Assembly (NCBI GenBank): GCA_035374585.1
Contig: DAOSPF010000006.1
Location: forward strand, 5,408 to 69,407
Direction of reading: 5' to 3'
DNA: 64,000 nucleotides
From: Bacteroidales bacterium
Lineage (GTDB): Bacteria > Bacteroidota > Bacteroidia > Bacteroidales > DTGW01
The notes below the pieces were generated by a model. It ran no database searches, was not told the origin of the DNA, and was given only the letters and a program-made list of their open reading frames with translations. The position numbers and the translations under genes were made by a program. Positions 26,956-36,176 of this stretch are shown here, one piece after another. Each line of letters starts with the position of its first letter. Position 1 is the first letter of the stretch.

Positions 26956-27557
26956 GCAAGGTAACCAATATAATAGTTGTCGAAACATCATCGGTGCTTT
27001 ATGAAGGGCTTGTTCAGGTTATTTCGCATGCTGGCATGCCTTTGCATATCAGGCAGGCCGGAAATATTGATGATGCTGAAAAATTTATTTGTGCTAAACC
27101 TGAAAGCCTTGTAATTGTTAATCCGGCAATAATTCAGCATAATGTAAAAAGCTTCCAATCGCTTAAGAATAATTGGGACAAAGCGCACTGGATGGCATTG
27201 GTTTACTTGCATTATGACCAGCAGGTCCTGGGGCTTTTTGATGGTATTATTAGTATTTCGGATAGTCCAGGAACAATTATTTCTACTATTAAAAAAGTTC
27301 TTTCTTCTAAACATTCCCAAAATACTTATATTTCTGAAGATATTCTTAGTGAACGGGAAGTGGAAGTCCTGCAATTATTGGCTGTTGGGCTTTCAAACAA
27401 AGAGATTGCCGATAAACTGAGCATAAGCATTAATACTGTTATCACCCATAGGAAAAACATCTCGCAAAAGACCGGAATTAAAACTGTCTCGGGTTTGACT
27501 ATCTATGCTGTTGTAAATAAGTATATTACGCTTGAAAGTGTAAAACCTATGGTTTAA
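26952..27557 (+). CDS. LuxR-family transcriptional regulator with receiver-like N-terminus
   Basis: C-terminal LSEREVEVLQLLAVGLSNKEIADKLSISINTVITHRKNI. It overlaps the upstream gene by 4 nt. Confidence 0.8.
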   Translation: MSKVTNIIVVETSSVLYEGLVQVISHAGMPLHIRQAGNIDDAEKFICAKPESLVIVNPAIIQHNVKSFQSLKNNWDKAHWMALVYLHYDQQVLGLFDGIISISDSPGTIISTIKKVLSSKHSQNTYISEDILSEREVEVLQLLAVGLSNKEIADKLSISINTVITHRKNISQKTGIKTVSGLTIYAVVNKYITLESVKPMV

Positions 27558-27649
27558 TATATTATTCTAAAGATAATTTATTAATTAACGTGAGTTCGAT
27601 GTAAAAAATCATTTTCATTGAGTTATTCAGTAATAAGCCATTATTTCCA

Positions 27650-27980
27650 TGCAACTTTTTTATCGAAAAAAGTTGCTCAAAAACTCTTATCGCCTTAACT
27701 CTTTCACCCTCGAAGCCTTTTAATGTTGCAATATGCAAACAAAGGAATGTTAGGCTTCTCGGCCGAAATCGAACAAAAAGGCGATGAAAAGGAATTTTTT
27801 TCTTTTTAATGCTTCGCCTTTTTCATAGAAACGTCTCTGCTATTGGCCTGACGAAAATGGCGTTAAGAAAAAAGCTTTATCGACGAAGCGAGTTATTGCC
27901 CGGAGCCGTTGATAAAGCTTTTTTTAGCCAATTTACGTCAAGCCTTGAATTTTTGGAACTTTTGCTTCAAGGCAAAAGTT
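27650..27980. repeat. cluster of strong A/T-flanked hairpins (REP-like, bidirectional-terminator-like)
   Basis: GCAACTTTTTT/AAAAAAGTTGC, CGAAGCC/GGCTTC, AAAAAGGCGA/TCGCCTTTTT, AAAAAGCTTTATCGACG/CCGTTGATAAAGCTTTTT, and overlapping GCCTTGAA/TTCAAGGC versus AACTTTTGC/GCAAAAGTT. Confidence 0.6.
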
Positions 27981-28177
27981 AGGAAGCTTTTGCTAATACC
28001 TGTAAATATTAGCTATGTAAGCATTCTTAGACTCTCGTTATTATAATGTTGAATTGACGTTAATTTAGCCTCCTCATTTATGATGAGGATTATCTTTTTT
28101 TTCATCATATCTTGGTATTTCACACCTCTTGGGCCAAAGCTACTTTTGCTGTGTAAATAATTAAAACACAACAAAAA

Positions 28178-29320
28178 ATGAAAAAGATATACACGTTGGC
28201 TCTTTCGCTTTTCTTCGTTACATCCATCATTGCCCAAACGTCAGAAAACAATTCGGACGACCCTTTGCTGCTTGAGGCGTCTTATACCTGCGATAACGTA
28301 AGCAACCTGGCTGGGGGTATCAAAACTGGCTATGGTTATTTGGGCATGGCTACTATACGTATTGGTTTTGATACCGAAAAAGCCGGGCTGTGGAAGGGCG
28401 GACAGCTTTTTGTCAATGCTGCAAACACTCACGGGGCAACACCTTCGGCTGATTTGCTCGGCGATATGCAGGTAGCTTCTAACATTGAGGCAGGCAACCA
28501 TACATACTTGCAGGAATTTTGGCTTAAACAGGCTGTTGGCCATGTCGAACTCACTGTTGGTTTGCAGGATTTGAATGTAGAGTTTGCCAATTCTGAGCAT
28601 GGCGCGTTGTTTTTGAACAGTTCGTTTGGGATTCTTCCCATTATTTCTGGCAACGTTGCAGCGCCTATTTTTCCGCTTACCTCGTTGGGCTTGACAGCCA
28701 AGTGGAATATAACCGAAAAAACCTCATGGCTCAACGCCGCTTATGATGGCAGTCCTACGGATTTTGACTATAACCCGCACAACATTAAGTGGGAGTTTGT
28801 TTCAGGCGATGGGTTGCTGGCTATTTCTGAGTTACAGCAAAGCCTTGATATTGTTGGTTTGCCCGGAACGTATAAGTTAGGAATTTATTCACATAGCCAT
28901 ATTGTCGAAAATAACTTTAATTCAACATTAGCCGACTCGTTAAACTACAACACTTTTGGGGCTTATGTTTATGCAGACCAAAAAGTATGGGCGCAGGCCG
29001 AACGAAGCCTTGGATTTTTTGTTCAGGCAGGTTATAGCCCCTCTAAAATCAGCGTCAATAATGCGTATATTGGCATAGGGGCCAACCTGACCGGGATGTT
29101 GAGCAAAGCTAAAGATGATGTGCTTGGTCTGGCTGTTGCCCACGAAAACTTTAACAATGGCTTAGGTAGCGAAACCACGATAGAACTGACCTGGCAAAAA
29201 CAGTTGTTCAGAAACATTTTTATACAGCCTGATTTACAATATATCATTAAGCCTTCCGGTAAAAATAGTGGCTTAGAAAATTGTTTGGCTGGAATTATCA
29301 GACTTGGTTTGGCTTTTTAG
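28178..29320 (+). CDS. outer-membrane porin (OprB/carbohydrate-porin-like)
   Basis: 380 aa. Signal peptide MKKIYTLALSLFFVTSIIAQ, beta-barrel pattern, C-terminal ...RLGLAF. Confidence 0.7.
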   Translation: MKKIYTLALSLFFVTSIIAQTSENNSDDPLLLEASYTCDNVSNLAGGIKTGYGYLGMATIRIGFDTEKAGLWKGGQLFVNAANTHGATPSADLLGDMQVASNIEAGNHTYLQEFWLKQAVGHVELTVGLQDLNVEFANSEHGALFLNSSFGILPIISGNVAAPIFPLTSLGLTAKWNITEKTSWLNAAYDGSPTDFDYNPHNIKWEFVSGDGLLAISELQQSLDIVGLPGTYKLGIYSHSHIVENNFNSTLADSLNYNTFGAYVYADQKVWAQAERSLGFFVQAGYSPSKISVNNAYIGIGANLTGMLSKAKDDVLGLAVAHENFNNGLGSETTIELTWQKQLFRNIFIQPDLQYIIKPSGKNSGLENCLAGIIRLGLAF

Positions 29321-29454
29321 TTAATCGATATTTTTAATAACTCGAAATAATTCTTGATTAATAATGACTCATTGAAATTAGGTTTATGAATGTTATTATA
29401 GCAATGACTTTGAAATAATGGCTGCGAAGCAGACAAATAGATATTCCTTATTTT

Positions 29455-29515
29455 GGCTGTGAACTGTCTGAACGAATCCGATAGGCGGAGTGAGTTTTCA
29501 CAGCCAGTCTTTTTT
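29455..29515 (+). terminator. hairpin plus T-run between porin and feoAB
   Basis: GGCTGTGAA ... TTCACAGCC followed by AGTCTTTTTT. The loop is long (about 33 nt), so this is tentative. Confidence 0.45.
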
Positions 29516-29611
29516 GGTTTCTTTTTTTGACAAAAAAAAGAAACAATTGAATAACAGAATATTAGTCTATTACTGCAGTTCTATAGTTGAACTCTCGTTA
29601 AACAATATATA

Positions 29612-32077
29612 ATGCAATTATCAGAATTAACAAATAATCAGCAGGCCGTAATTGCCAAAGTATCTGGTCACGGCGCTTTTCGCAAACGTATTACCGAAAT
29701 GGGCTTTGTCCGTGGCAAAATGGTGAAAGTAATCAAAAATGCCCCGCTACAAGACCCTATTGAATATGAAATTATGGGTTATAACGTGTCGTTGCGTCGT
29801 AGCGAAGCTGCATTAATTGAGGTTGTCCGTGAAGAAGGAGCGGAAACAATCGTCCAGTCAGGTTTTGAAGGAACAATAGTTGACGATCGCCTCAAAATTT
29901 CGCTAAAAGAAAAGGGTAATACTATCCATGTGGCATTGGTAGGGAATCCCAATAGTGGCAAAACCACTTTGTTCAACCATGCCTCGGGTTCGCACGAAAG
30001 AGTGGGTAACTATGGCGGTGTTACGGTAGATGCCAAAGAAGCTTATATTGCTTTTGAAGACTATCAGTTGAAAGTGACCGACCTGCCCGGCACGTATTCC
30101 ATCACCGAATATACGCCCGAAGAGCTTTTTGTGCGTAACCATATTGCTGAGAAGATGCCCGATGTTGTGGTCAATGTGATTGATGCTTCCAACCTTGAGC
30201 GTAATTTATTCCTCACCACACAGCTTATCGACATGAATATCAAAGTGGTTATCGCCCTCAATATGTATGATGAGCTGGAACAAAAAGGCATTTCGCTTGA
30301 TGATGATGCCCTGGGTAGGATGCTTGGAATACCCATAATTCCTACTGTTGCTGTGAAAGGGCAGGGAATAATCGCGCTGATTGCAAAAATAGTGGAAGTG
30401 TATGAAGACAGAGACCCGGTGGTACGGCATATTCATATAAACTATGGCAATACTATTGAAGATTCAATTGCCCGTATCCAGGCTGAGTTGAAGAAAAGTA
30501 AAGAGTTGACCGACCGCTTTTCGACCCGCTATTTGGCTATTAAGCTTATTGAAAACGACAAAGCCACGCTCAGTCAGCTTAAAAGCTTTTTTAATTTTGA
30601 AAATATTGAAAAAATAAGCCAGGCTGAGATACAGAAGCTCGAAAAAGAGTACCACGAGAAATCAGAAACGGTGATTGCCGATGCTAAATATGGCTTTATT
30701 GCTGGGGCTTTGCGCGAAACTTGTTCAGGTTGTGCTGAAAATACAACCAACAAGAAATGGAATGTTGATTTTCTGCTAACCCACAAATACTGGGGATTCC
30801 CTATTTTCTTCTTTTTCATGTGGCTAATGTTTCAGGCTACTTTTTCACTGGGCAGCATCCCAATGGATTGGATTGACGCAGGCATAGCCTTTATTGGAAG
30901 CCAGTTGGGTAATCTGCTTCCCGAAGGAGCCGTGCACGACCTCCTTATTGATGGCATCATTGGCGGGGTAGGAGGGGTTATTATATTTCTTCCCAATATC
31001 CTCATCTTGTTTTTCTTCATCTCACTGATGGAAGATACAGGCTATATGGCCCGTGTTTCCTTTATCATGGACAAACTTATGCACAAGATTGGCCTGCATG
31101 GCAAGTCTTTCATTCCTTTGCTGATGGGGTTTGGGTGCAATGTTCCAGCTGTAATGGCTACCCGTACGCTCGAAAATCGCAAAGACCGCATAATGACTAT
31201 GCTCATCACCCCGTTTATGTCGTGTAGTGCACGTTTGCCGGTTTATGTGCTGATCATTTCTGCTTTCTTCCCTAAAAACCAGGGATTGGTGTTGTTTTCG
31301 GTTTATTTTATCGGAATTATCCTGGCTGTGCTGATTGCGCTATTGTTGAAGAAGACATTATTTGCAAAGCAGGACGTCCCTTTTGTAATGGAACTACCAC
31401 CATACAGGGTCCCTACATTGAAGAACACTTCAAAACACATGTGGTTCAAGGGCTCACAATACATACATAAAATGGGTACGGTTATTCTCATGGCTTCCAT
31501 TCTTATCTGGGCATTGAGTTATTATCCCCGAAATGTTCAGTATGCTGTGAATTATGATGAACAGATTGAACAAATTACAGCAAATGCCACTTTGGCTGAT
31601 TCAGTGAAAGAATCGAACATAGCTCAGGTTGAACTAATGAAAGTTGGAGAGCATCAGGAACAGTCATATATTGGTCGTTTAGGAAGGTTTATTGAACCTG
31701 CAATTCAGCCGTTGGGTTTCGATTGGAAAATTGGTATCAGCATTCTTACCGGCCTTGCAGCCAAAGAGATTGTTATAGGCTCCATGGGCGTGCTATACCA
31801 GGCAGACCAGGAGGCCGATGAAAACTCAGGCAGTTTGATTGAGAAACTACAACAACAGGAGCATAGCAGTGGCGAGCTGAAAGGCCAGAAAGTGTTTACA
31901 CCTTTGGTCGCTTTTGGGTTTATGTTGTTTGTGCTCATTTATTTTCCTTGTGTAGCTGTTATTGCAGCTATTAAGAAGGAGTCGAGCTGGGGATGGGCTG
32001 TATTTACAATGTTTTATACCACAGCAATTGCTTGGTTAGTAGCATTTGCAAATTATCAGATTGGAAGTTTGTTTTAA
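29612..32077 (+). CDS. feoB: ferrous iron transporter, FeoA-FeoB fusion
   Basis: 821 aa. N-terminal FeoA SH3-like domain (QAVIAKVSGHGAFRKRITEMGF), G-domain GNPNSGKTTLFN, and the polytopic FeoB C-terminus. Confidence 0.95.
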   Translation: MQLSELTNNQQAVIAKVSGHGAFRKRITEMGFVRGKMVKVIKNAPLQDPIEYEIMGYNVSLRRSEAALIEVVREEGAETIVQSGFEGTIVDDRLKISLKEKGNTIHVALVGNPNSGKTTLFNHASGSHERVGNYGGVTVDAKEAYIAFEDYQLKVTDLPGTYSITEYTPEELFVRNHIAEKMPDVVVNVIDASNLERNLFLTTQLIDMNIKVVIALNMYDELEQKGISLDDDALGRMLGIPIIPTVAVKGQGIIALIAKIVEVYEDRDPVVRHIHINYGNTIEDSIARIQAELKKSKELTDRFSTRYLAIKLIENDKATLSQLKSFFNFENIEKISQAEIQKLEKEYHEKSETVIADAKYGFIAGALRETCSGCAENTTNKKWNVDFLLTHKYWGFPIFFFFMWLMFQATFSLGSIPMDWIDAGIAFIGSQLGNLLPEGAVHDLLIDGIIGGVGGVIIFLPNILILFFFISLMEDTGYMARVSFIMDKLMHKIGLHGKSFIPLLMGFGCNVPAVMATRTLENRKDRIMTMLITPFMSCSARLPVYVLIISAFFPKNQGLVLFSVYFIGIILAVLIALLLKKTLFAKQDVPFVMELPPYRVPTLKNTSKHMWFKGSQYIHKMGTVILMASILIWALSYYPRNVQYAVNYDEQIEQITANATLADSVKESNIAQVELMKVGEHQEQSYIGRLGRFIEPAIQPLGFDWKIGISILTGLAAKEIVIGSMGVLYQADQEADENSGSLIEKLQQQEHSSGELKGQKVFTPLVAFGFMLFVLIYFPCVAVIAAIKKESSWGWAVFTMFYTTAIAWLVAFANYQIGSLF

Positions 32078-32148
32078 TATTATAAAGTTCTTTAATTAAG
32101 TGACTACACCCTATTAATTTTGATTACTGTTTGTTCAGTGATGCAAAT

Positions 32149-32180
32149 CCCCTCCTTTATAAGGAGGGGTAGGGGTGGTT
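32149..32180 (+). repeat. CCCCTCCTTTATAAGGAGGGG hairpin plus TAGGGGTGGTT tail element, copy 2
   Basis: Perfect 9-bp stem with a TAT loop, then a G-rich tail and T-run, 72 nt after the feoB stop. Confidence 0.8.
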
Positions 32181-32201
32181 TTTATTAAATTTTAAAAAAA
32201 T

Positions 32202-32384
32202 ATGATACAAAACATTATTGTCTTAATGATTGTTTTTACTACAGTAGCCTATATTATTTATGCCATTGGGCGTTCATTTAAAACAAAGAAAACATGTAAT
32301 TGCGATGGATGCAGCGGCTGTGACTTAAAAGCAATAGTAAAAGCTAAAGAATTACGAACATTGAAAATAGTCAAAAATAAATAG
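32202..32384 (+). CDS. FeoB-associated Cys-rich membrane protein
   Basis: 60 aa. One TM helix, then CNCDGCSGCD. Confidence 0.75.
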   Translation: MIQNIIVLMIVFTTVAYIIYAIGRSFKTKKTCNCDGCSGCDLKAIVKAKELRTLKIVKNK

Positions 32385-32386
32385 AA

Positions 32387-33022
32387 ATGGATAAAAAGTA
32401 TTTTAAATATGCTTTATGGTTAGCTGTATTTACGGTGGCTTATAACATAATTGAAGGTGTGGTGTCGGTTTGGTTAGGGGCAGGAGATGAAACCCTTGCA
32501 TTGCTTGGCTTTGGAGTGGACAGTTTTATTGAAGTTGTTTCTGGTATAGGAATCTTGCAAATGATACTCCGTATTCAGAATAATCCCGACAAACCACGAG
32601 GTCGCTTCGAGATAACCGCTTTGCGCATAACGGGTTGGGGTTTTTATGTACTTGCTGTTGGTTTATTTGTTGGGGCTGCACTTAATATTTATCAGGGACA
32701 TAAGCCTGAAACCACATTTTGGGGCTTTGTGATTTCTGCAATCTCCATTATTGTGATGCTTTGGTTGTATAAGTCGAAGGTAAAATATGGTAAAAAGCTC
32801 AATTCAGAGGCTATTATAGCAGATGGCCGATGCACCTTGGTTTGCATTTATATGTCTGTAATACTTCTAATATCAAGTATTGTATATGAATTTACCGGCT
32901 TTGGCTGGATTGATGCCCTTGGCGCTATTGGCCTTGCATGGTTTTCCTATTCTGAAGGAAAAGAAGCCATGGAAAAAGCTAAAGGAAAAGAATGCTGCTG
33001 TTGCGGGCATGATAATTGTTAA
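32387..33022 (+). CDS. cation transporter, CDF-like membrane domain
   Basis: 211 aa. AYNIIEGVVSVWLG...GFGVDSFIEVVSG resembles the TM domain of cation efflux proteins. The C-terminal tail is KGKECCCCGHDNC. Confidence 0.7.
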   Translation: MDKKYFKYALWLAVFTVAYNIIEGVVSVWLGAGDETLALLGFGVDSFIEVVSGIGILQMILRIQNNPDKPRGRFEITALRITGWGFYVLAVGLFVGAALNIYQGHKPETTFWGFVISAISIIVMLWLYKSKVKYGKKLNSEAIIADGRCTLVCIYMSVILLISSIVYEFTGFGWIDALGAIGLAWFSYSEGKEAMEKAKGKECCCCGHDNC

Positions 33023-33110
33023 GCTCTAATATATTTCTACATTTGGAGAAATACAATTCTTTCATTTCTTTTGTATTTCAATTAGTCATTCGTAATTCGT
33101 CATTGAATTT

Positions 33111-33527
33111 ATGCCCATCACCGAAAAAACCGAAACGGAATTTGAATTTCGTACCAGCCGCAGCTCTGGTGCCGGAGGACAGAATGTCAATAAGGTAGAG
33201 ACAAGGGTTGAACTATGGTTCAATATTCTGCAATCCACATCTTTGACAGATAATGAAAAAATGTTGATTTCAGAGCGTTTGTCTGCCAAACTTACTAAAG
33301 ACGGCTGGCTTCGGGTGGTTTCGCAAAATGAGCGTTCGCAACTGGCCAATAAAAAGCGGGCAATTGCCAAGTTTTATCATATCATGGAGCAGGCATTATG
33401 GGTTGATGTTACCCGGGTTGCTACCCGTCCTACACGTGCTTCTAAATTGAAAAAAAAGGAAGCAAAGATCAAACACTCCTCAGTAAAGAAGGCTCGTTCA
33501 AAAGATTGGAGTAAGGAAAGGGAATAA
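33111..33527 (+). CDS. arfB: alternative ribosome-rescue factor ArfB (peptidyl-tRNA hydrolase, RF-1 domain)
   Basis: 138 aa. SSGAGGQNVNKVETRVEL (GGQ motif) and a basic C-terminal tail. Confidence 0.9.
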   Translation: MPITEKTETEFEFRTSRSSGAGGQNVNKVETRVELWFNILQSTSLTDNEKMLISERLSAKLTKDGWLRVVSQNERSQLANKKRAIAKFYHIMEQALWVDVTRVATRPTRASKLKKKEAKIKHSSVKKARSKDWSKERE

Positions 33528-33555
33528 ACAGCAGTTAGTTATTGCTTTTCTTTTC

Positions 33556-33586
33556 TCTCCTTTACAAGGAGGGGTTGGGGTGGTAT
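33556..33586 (+). repeat. CTCTCCTTTACAAGGAGGGG hairpin plus TTGGGGTGGTA element, copy 3
   Basis: Degenerate copy 29 nt after the arfB stop, in the same orientation as copies 1 and 2. Confidence 0.7.
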
Positions 33587-33629
33587 TTAATAATTCACTA
33601 TTTTTGCTCCTTCAAAATTTATAAAAACC

Positions 33630-36110
33630 TTGTCATTCAATCCGTTTAGCATAGATTTGCCTATTACAGAGGTTTTAAAAGCTGTAAAAGATTCGCTTTC
33701 AAAAGAAAATACGCTTATTGTTAGTGCTCCTCCAGGGGCAGGGAAAAGTACATTGCTCCCTTTGGCCTTGTTGGATGAACCTTGGCTTGAAGGCCGTAAG
33801 ATAATCATGCTTGAGCCCCGTCGTTTGGCAGCTCGCACCATTGCAGCCCGCATGGCTTCGCTTTTGGGTGAAGAAGTTGGGCAAACGGTCGGTTACCGCA
33901 TACGGTTTGACAATTGCACCAGCGAAAAGACCCGTATAGAGGTCATTACCGAAGGGATACTCTCGCAGATGATTATTTCGGACAATACACTCGAAGGGGT
34001 AGGGGCGGTGCTGTTTGATGAGTTTCACGAAAGGAGCATATTTGCAGATGTTGCCATGGCGCTTTGCCGCGAGACACAAAATATCCTGCGTCCCGATTTG
34101 CGTATGGTTGTCATGTCTGCTACACTCGATATTCCAAACTTTCAAACAGTACTCAAAGCTCCGGTTATTGAGAGTAAAGGGAAACAATTTCCGGTAGAGA
34201 TTGTCTATACTGGCACACACGACTTGATGATGCTCCCCGAACTTGCTGCCCGGACTGTTGCAAAAGCTGTGTCTTCGCACCCGGGTGATGCGTTGGTGTT
34301 TTTGCCCGGTGAAGCTGAAATTCGCAAGTGCGAAGAGATCCTGAAAGGTGAACTTCGGGATTTTGCCATTCATCCTTTGTACGGACAGCTTACCCAGTCG
34401 GAACAAAACAGCGCTATTGTTCCCAATAAATTTGGAAAACGTAAGATTGTGCTGGCAACTTCCATTGCCGAAACGAGTTTGACCATTCAGGGGATTAAAA
34501 TAGTCGTGGATTCTGGCTTTGGCCGTACTTCAAAGTTTGACCCTAAGACTGGTCTGACACGTTTAGAAACTGTTGCTATCTCAAAAGATTCTGCCGATCA
34601 GCGTGCCGGACGTGCAGGGCGTTTAAGTGCCGGCGTTTGTTACCGCATGTGGTCTAAAGCTACGCAGGAAAACATGCGAGGGCATCGTGTCCCCGAAATC
34701 ATGGAAGCTGACCTTACTTCGCTGGTACTCGATATGGCTGAGTTTGGCATTATTGACATACAGCAGTTGACATGGCTTACTCCTCCTCCTAAAAGTGCCA
34801 TATCGCAGGCTACAGAGTTATTGCACGAACTGGAGGCTTTGGAACATGGCCGTATTACCGAACAAGGACGCAAGATGCACCGGTTGCCATGCCACCCGCG
34901 TATTGCCCACCTGCTGTTAAAGGCCGAAGAAACGCATTTGCTTGCCCTGGCTACTGATTTGGCCGCTGTGCTCGAAGAACGTGACCCGCTTTCGCGTGAT
35001 GCAGGTATTGATATTAATGTACGTATTGAAACACTAAGGAGACAGCGTAGTCAGCAACGCATTCAAAGAAATTTTGCGCGTATCGAACAGGTTGCTTCTA
35101 CTTATCGCAGGTTGTTCAATATTGAGGCGGATAATGATTCGCATAACCCTTACGATACAGGCTTTTTATTAACCTTTGCTTATCCCGAACGTATTGCCTG
35201 TGCCCGCCCGGGTAACAATGCCCAGTTTCAGTTGTCCAACGGGGCTATTGCTATGGCCGGGCATAAGGACGACCTGGCTCACGAGTCGTGGCTGGCTGTG
35301 GCACACCTCGATGCCCGTGATGGCATGGGGAAGATATTCCTTGCAGCCCCGCTTAATCCCAAAGACCTTGCCCCTTTGGTAAAGGAACAGGAGGTTATCA
35401 CTTGGGATACCCGTAAAGGTGGGCTTGTAGCTACTAAAGACCTTAAAATAGGTAATATTGTCCTTCAATCAAAACCATTGCCTGAGCCTGACGAAGAACA
35501 TAAAGTACTTGCCATATCGGAGGCTATAAAAAAGGAAGGAGAGGCGTTGCTCAACTTCGACGATGCTTTTACCAATTGGCAAAACCGAGTGTTAAGCCTT
35601 CGCAAATGGCGTCCGCAGGAAGCCTGGCCTGATGTAAGCACAACAACACTGCTTGTGACCAACTATACATGGCTTGCCCCTCATTTGTCGCAGGTGAAAA
35701 AGACCGAGGATTTGAAAAAAATGAATTTGGTAGAAATTCTTCAGGCTCAGCTCGACTGGGAAAAACAGGCTGCGCTTGATAAGCTTGCCCCAACCAGGAT
35801 AGAAGTCCCAAGCGGTTCAAAAGTTGCCATCCAGTATCAGGCCAATGGCGACAACCCTATCCTTGCAGTGCGCTTGCAGGAAGTGTTTGGCCTGGCCGAT
35901 ACTCCGCTTATCAACGAAGGCCGGACACCTTTGGTCTTGCACCTCTTATCTCCCGGATTTAAACCGGTACAGATAACCTCTGACTTACGAAGCTTCTGGA
36001 ACAATGCTTATTTCGAGGTAAAGAAAGACCTCCGTGCCAGGTACCCCAAGCATTCATGGCCCGACGACCCTTGGACAGCCCAAGCGTTGAGGGGAATAAA
36101 AAAGAAATAA
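33630..36110 (+). CDS. hrpB: ATP-dependent RNA helicase HrpB (DEAH box)
   Basis: 826 aa. APPGAGKST, DEFHER, SATL, TSIAETSLTI, QRAGRAGR and the HrpB C-terminal domain. It appears to start at TTG. Confidence 0.92.
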   Translation: MSFNPFSIDLPITEVLKAVKDSLSKENTLIVSAPPGAGKSTLLPLALLDEPWLEGRKIIMLEPRRLAARTIAARMASLLGEEVGQTVGYRIRFDNCTSEKTRIEVITEGILSQMIISDNTLEGVGAVLFDEFHERSIFADVAMALCRETQNILRPDLRMVVMSATLDIPNFQTVLKAPVIESKGKQFPVEIVYTGTHDLMMLPELAARTVAKAVSSHPGDALVFLPGEAEIRKCEEILKGELRDFAIHPLYGQLTQSEQNSAIVPNKFGKRKIVLATSIAETSLTIQGIKIVVDSGFGRTSKFDPKTGLTRLETVAISKDSADQRAGRAGRLSAGVCYRMWSKATQENMRGHRVPEIMEADLTSLVLDMAEFGIIDIQQLTWLTPPPKSAISQATELLHELEALEHGRITEQGRKMHRLPCHPRIAHLLLKAEETHLLALATDLAAVLEERDPLSRDAGIDINVRIETLRRQRSQQRIQRNFARIEQVASTYRRLFNIEADNDSHNPYDTGFLLTFAYPERIACARPGNNAQFQLSNGAIAMAGHKDDLAHESWLAVAHLDARDGMGKIFLAAPLNPKDLAPLVKEQEVITWDTRKGGLVATKDLKIGNIVLQSKPLPEPDEEHKVLAISEAIKKEGEALLNFDDAFTNWQNRVLSLRKWRPQEAWPDVSTTTLLVTNYTWLAPHLSQVKKTEDLKKMNLVEILQAQLDWEKQAALDKLAPTRIEVPSGSKVAIQYQANGDNPILAVRLQEVFGLADTPLINEGRTPLVLHLLSPGFKPVQITSDLRSFWNNAYFEVKKDLRARYPKHSWPDDPWTAQALRGIKKK

Positions 36111-36176
36111 AACTTTGTTTACTTGTTTTATGAAGTCAACTTCTTTTGATTTGAGGAAAAATTTCTAACGTTGTAT

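Noticed and set aside
28030-28039. 10-mer ACTCTCGTTA shared upstream of the porin (28030..28039) and just before feoAB (29591..29600), considered as a possible common operator.
   Set aside because: Identical 10-mers are expected many times by chance in a 64-kb AT-biased window. There is no dyad symmetry or further similarity.
29345-29375. Fur-box-like sequence TTGATTAATAATGACTCATTGAA between the porin and feoAB.
   Set aside because: It resembles the enterobacterial GATAATGATAATCATTATC consensus only partially and with the wrong spacing. The Fur-box consensus for this lineage is not known to me.
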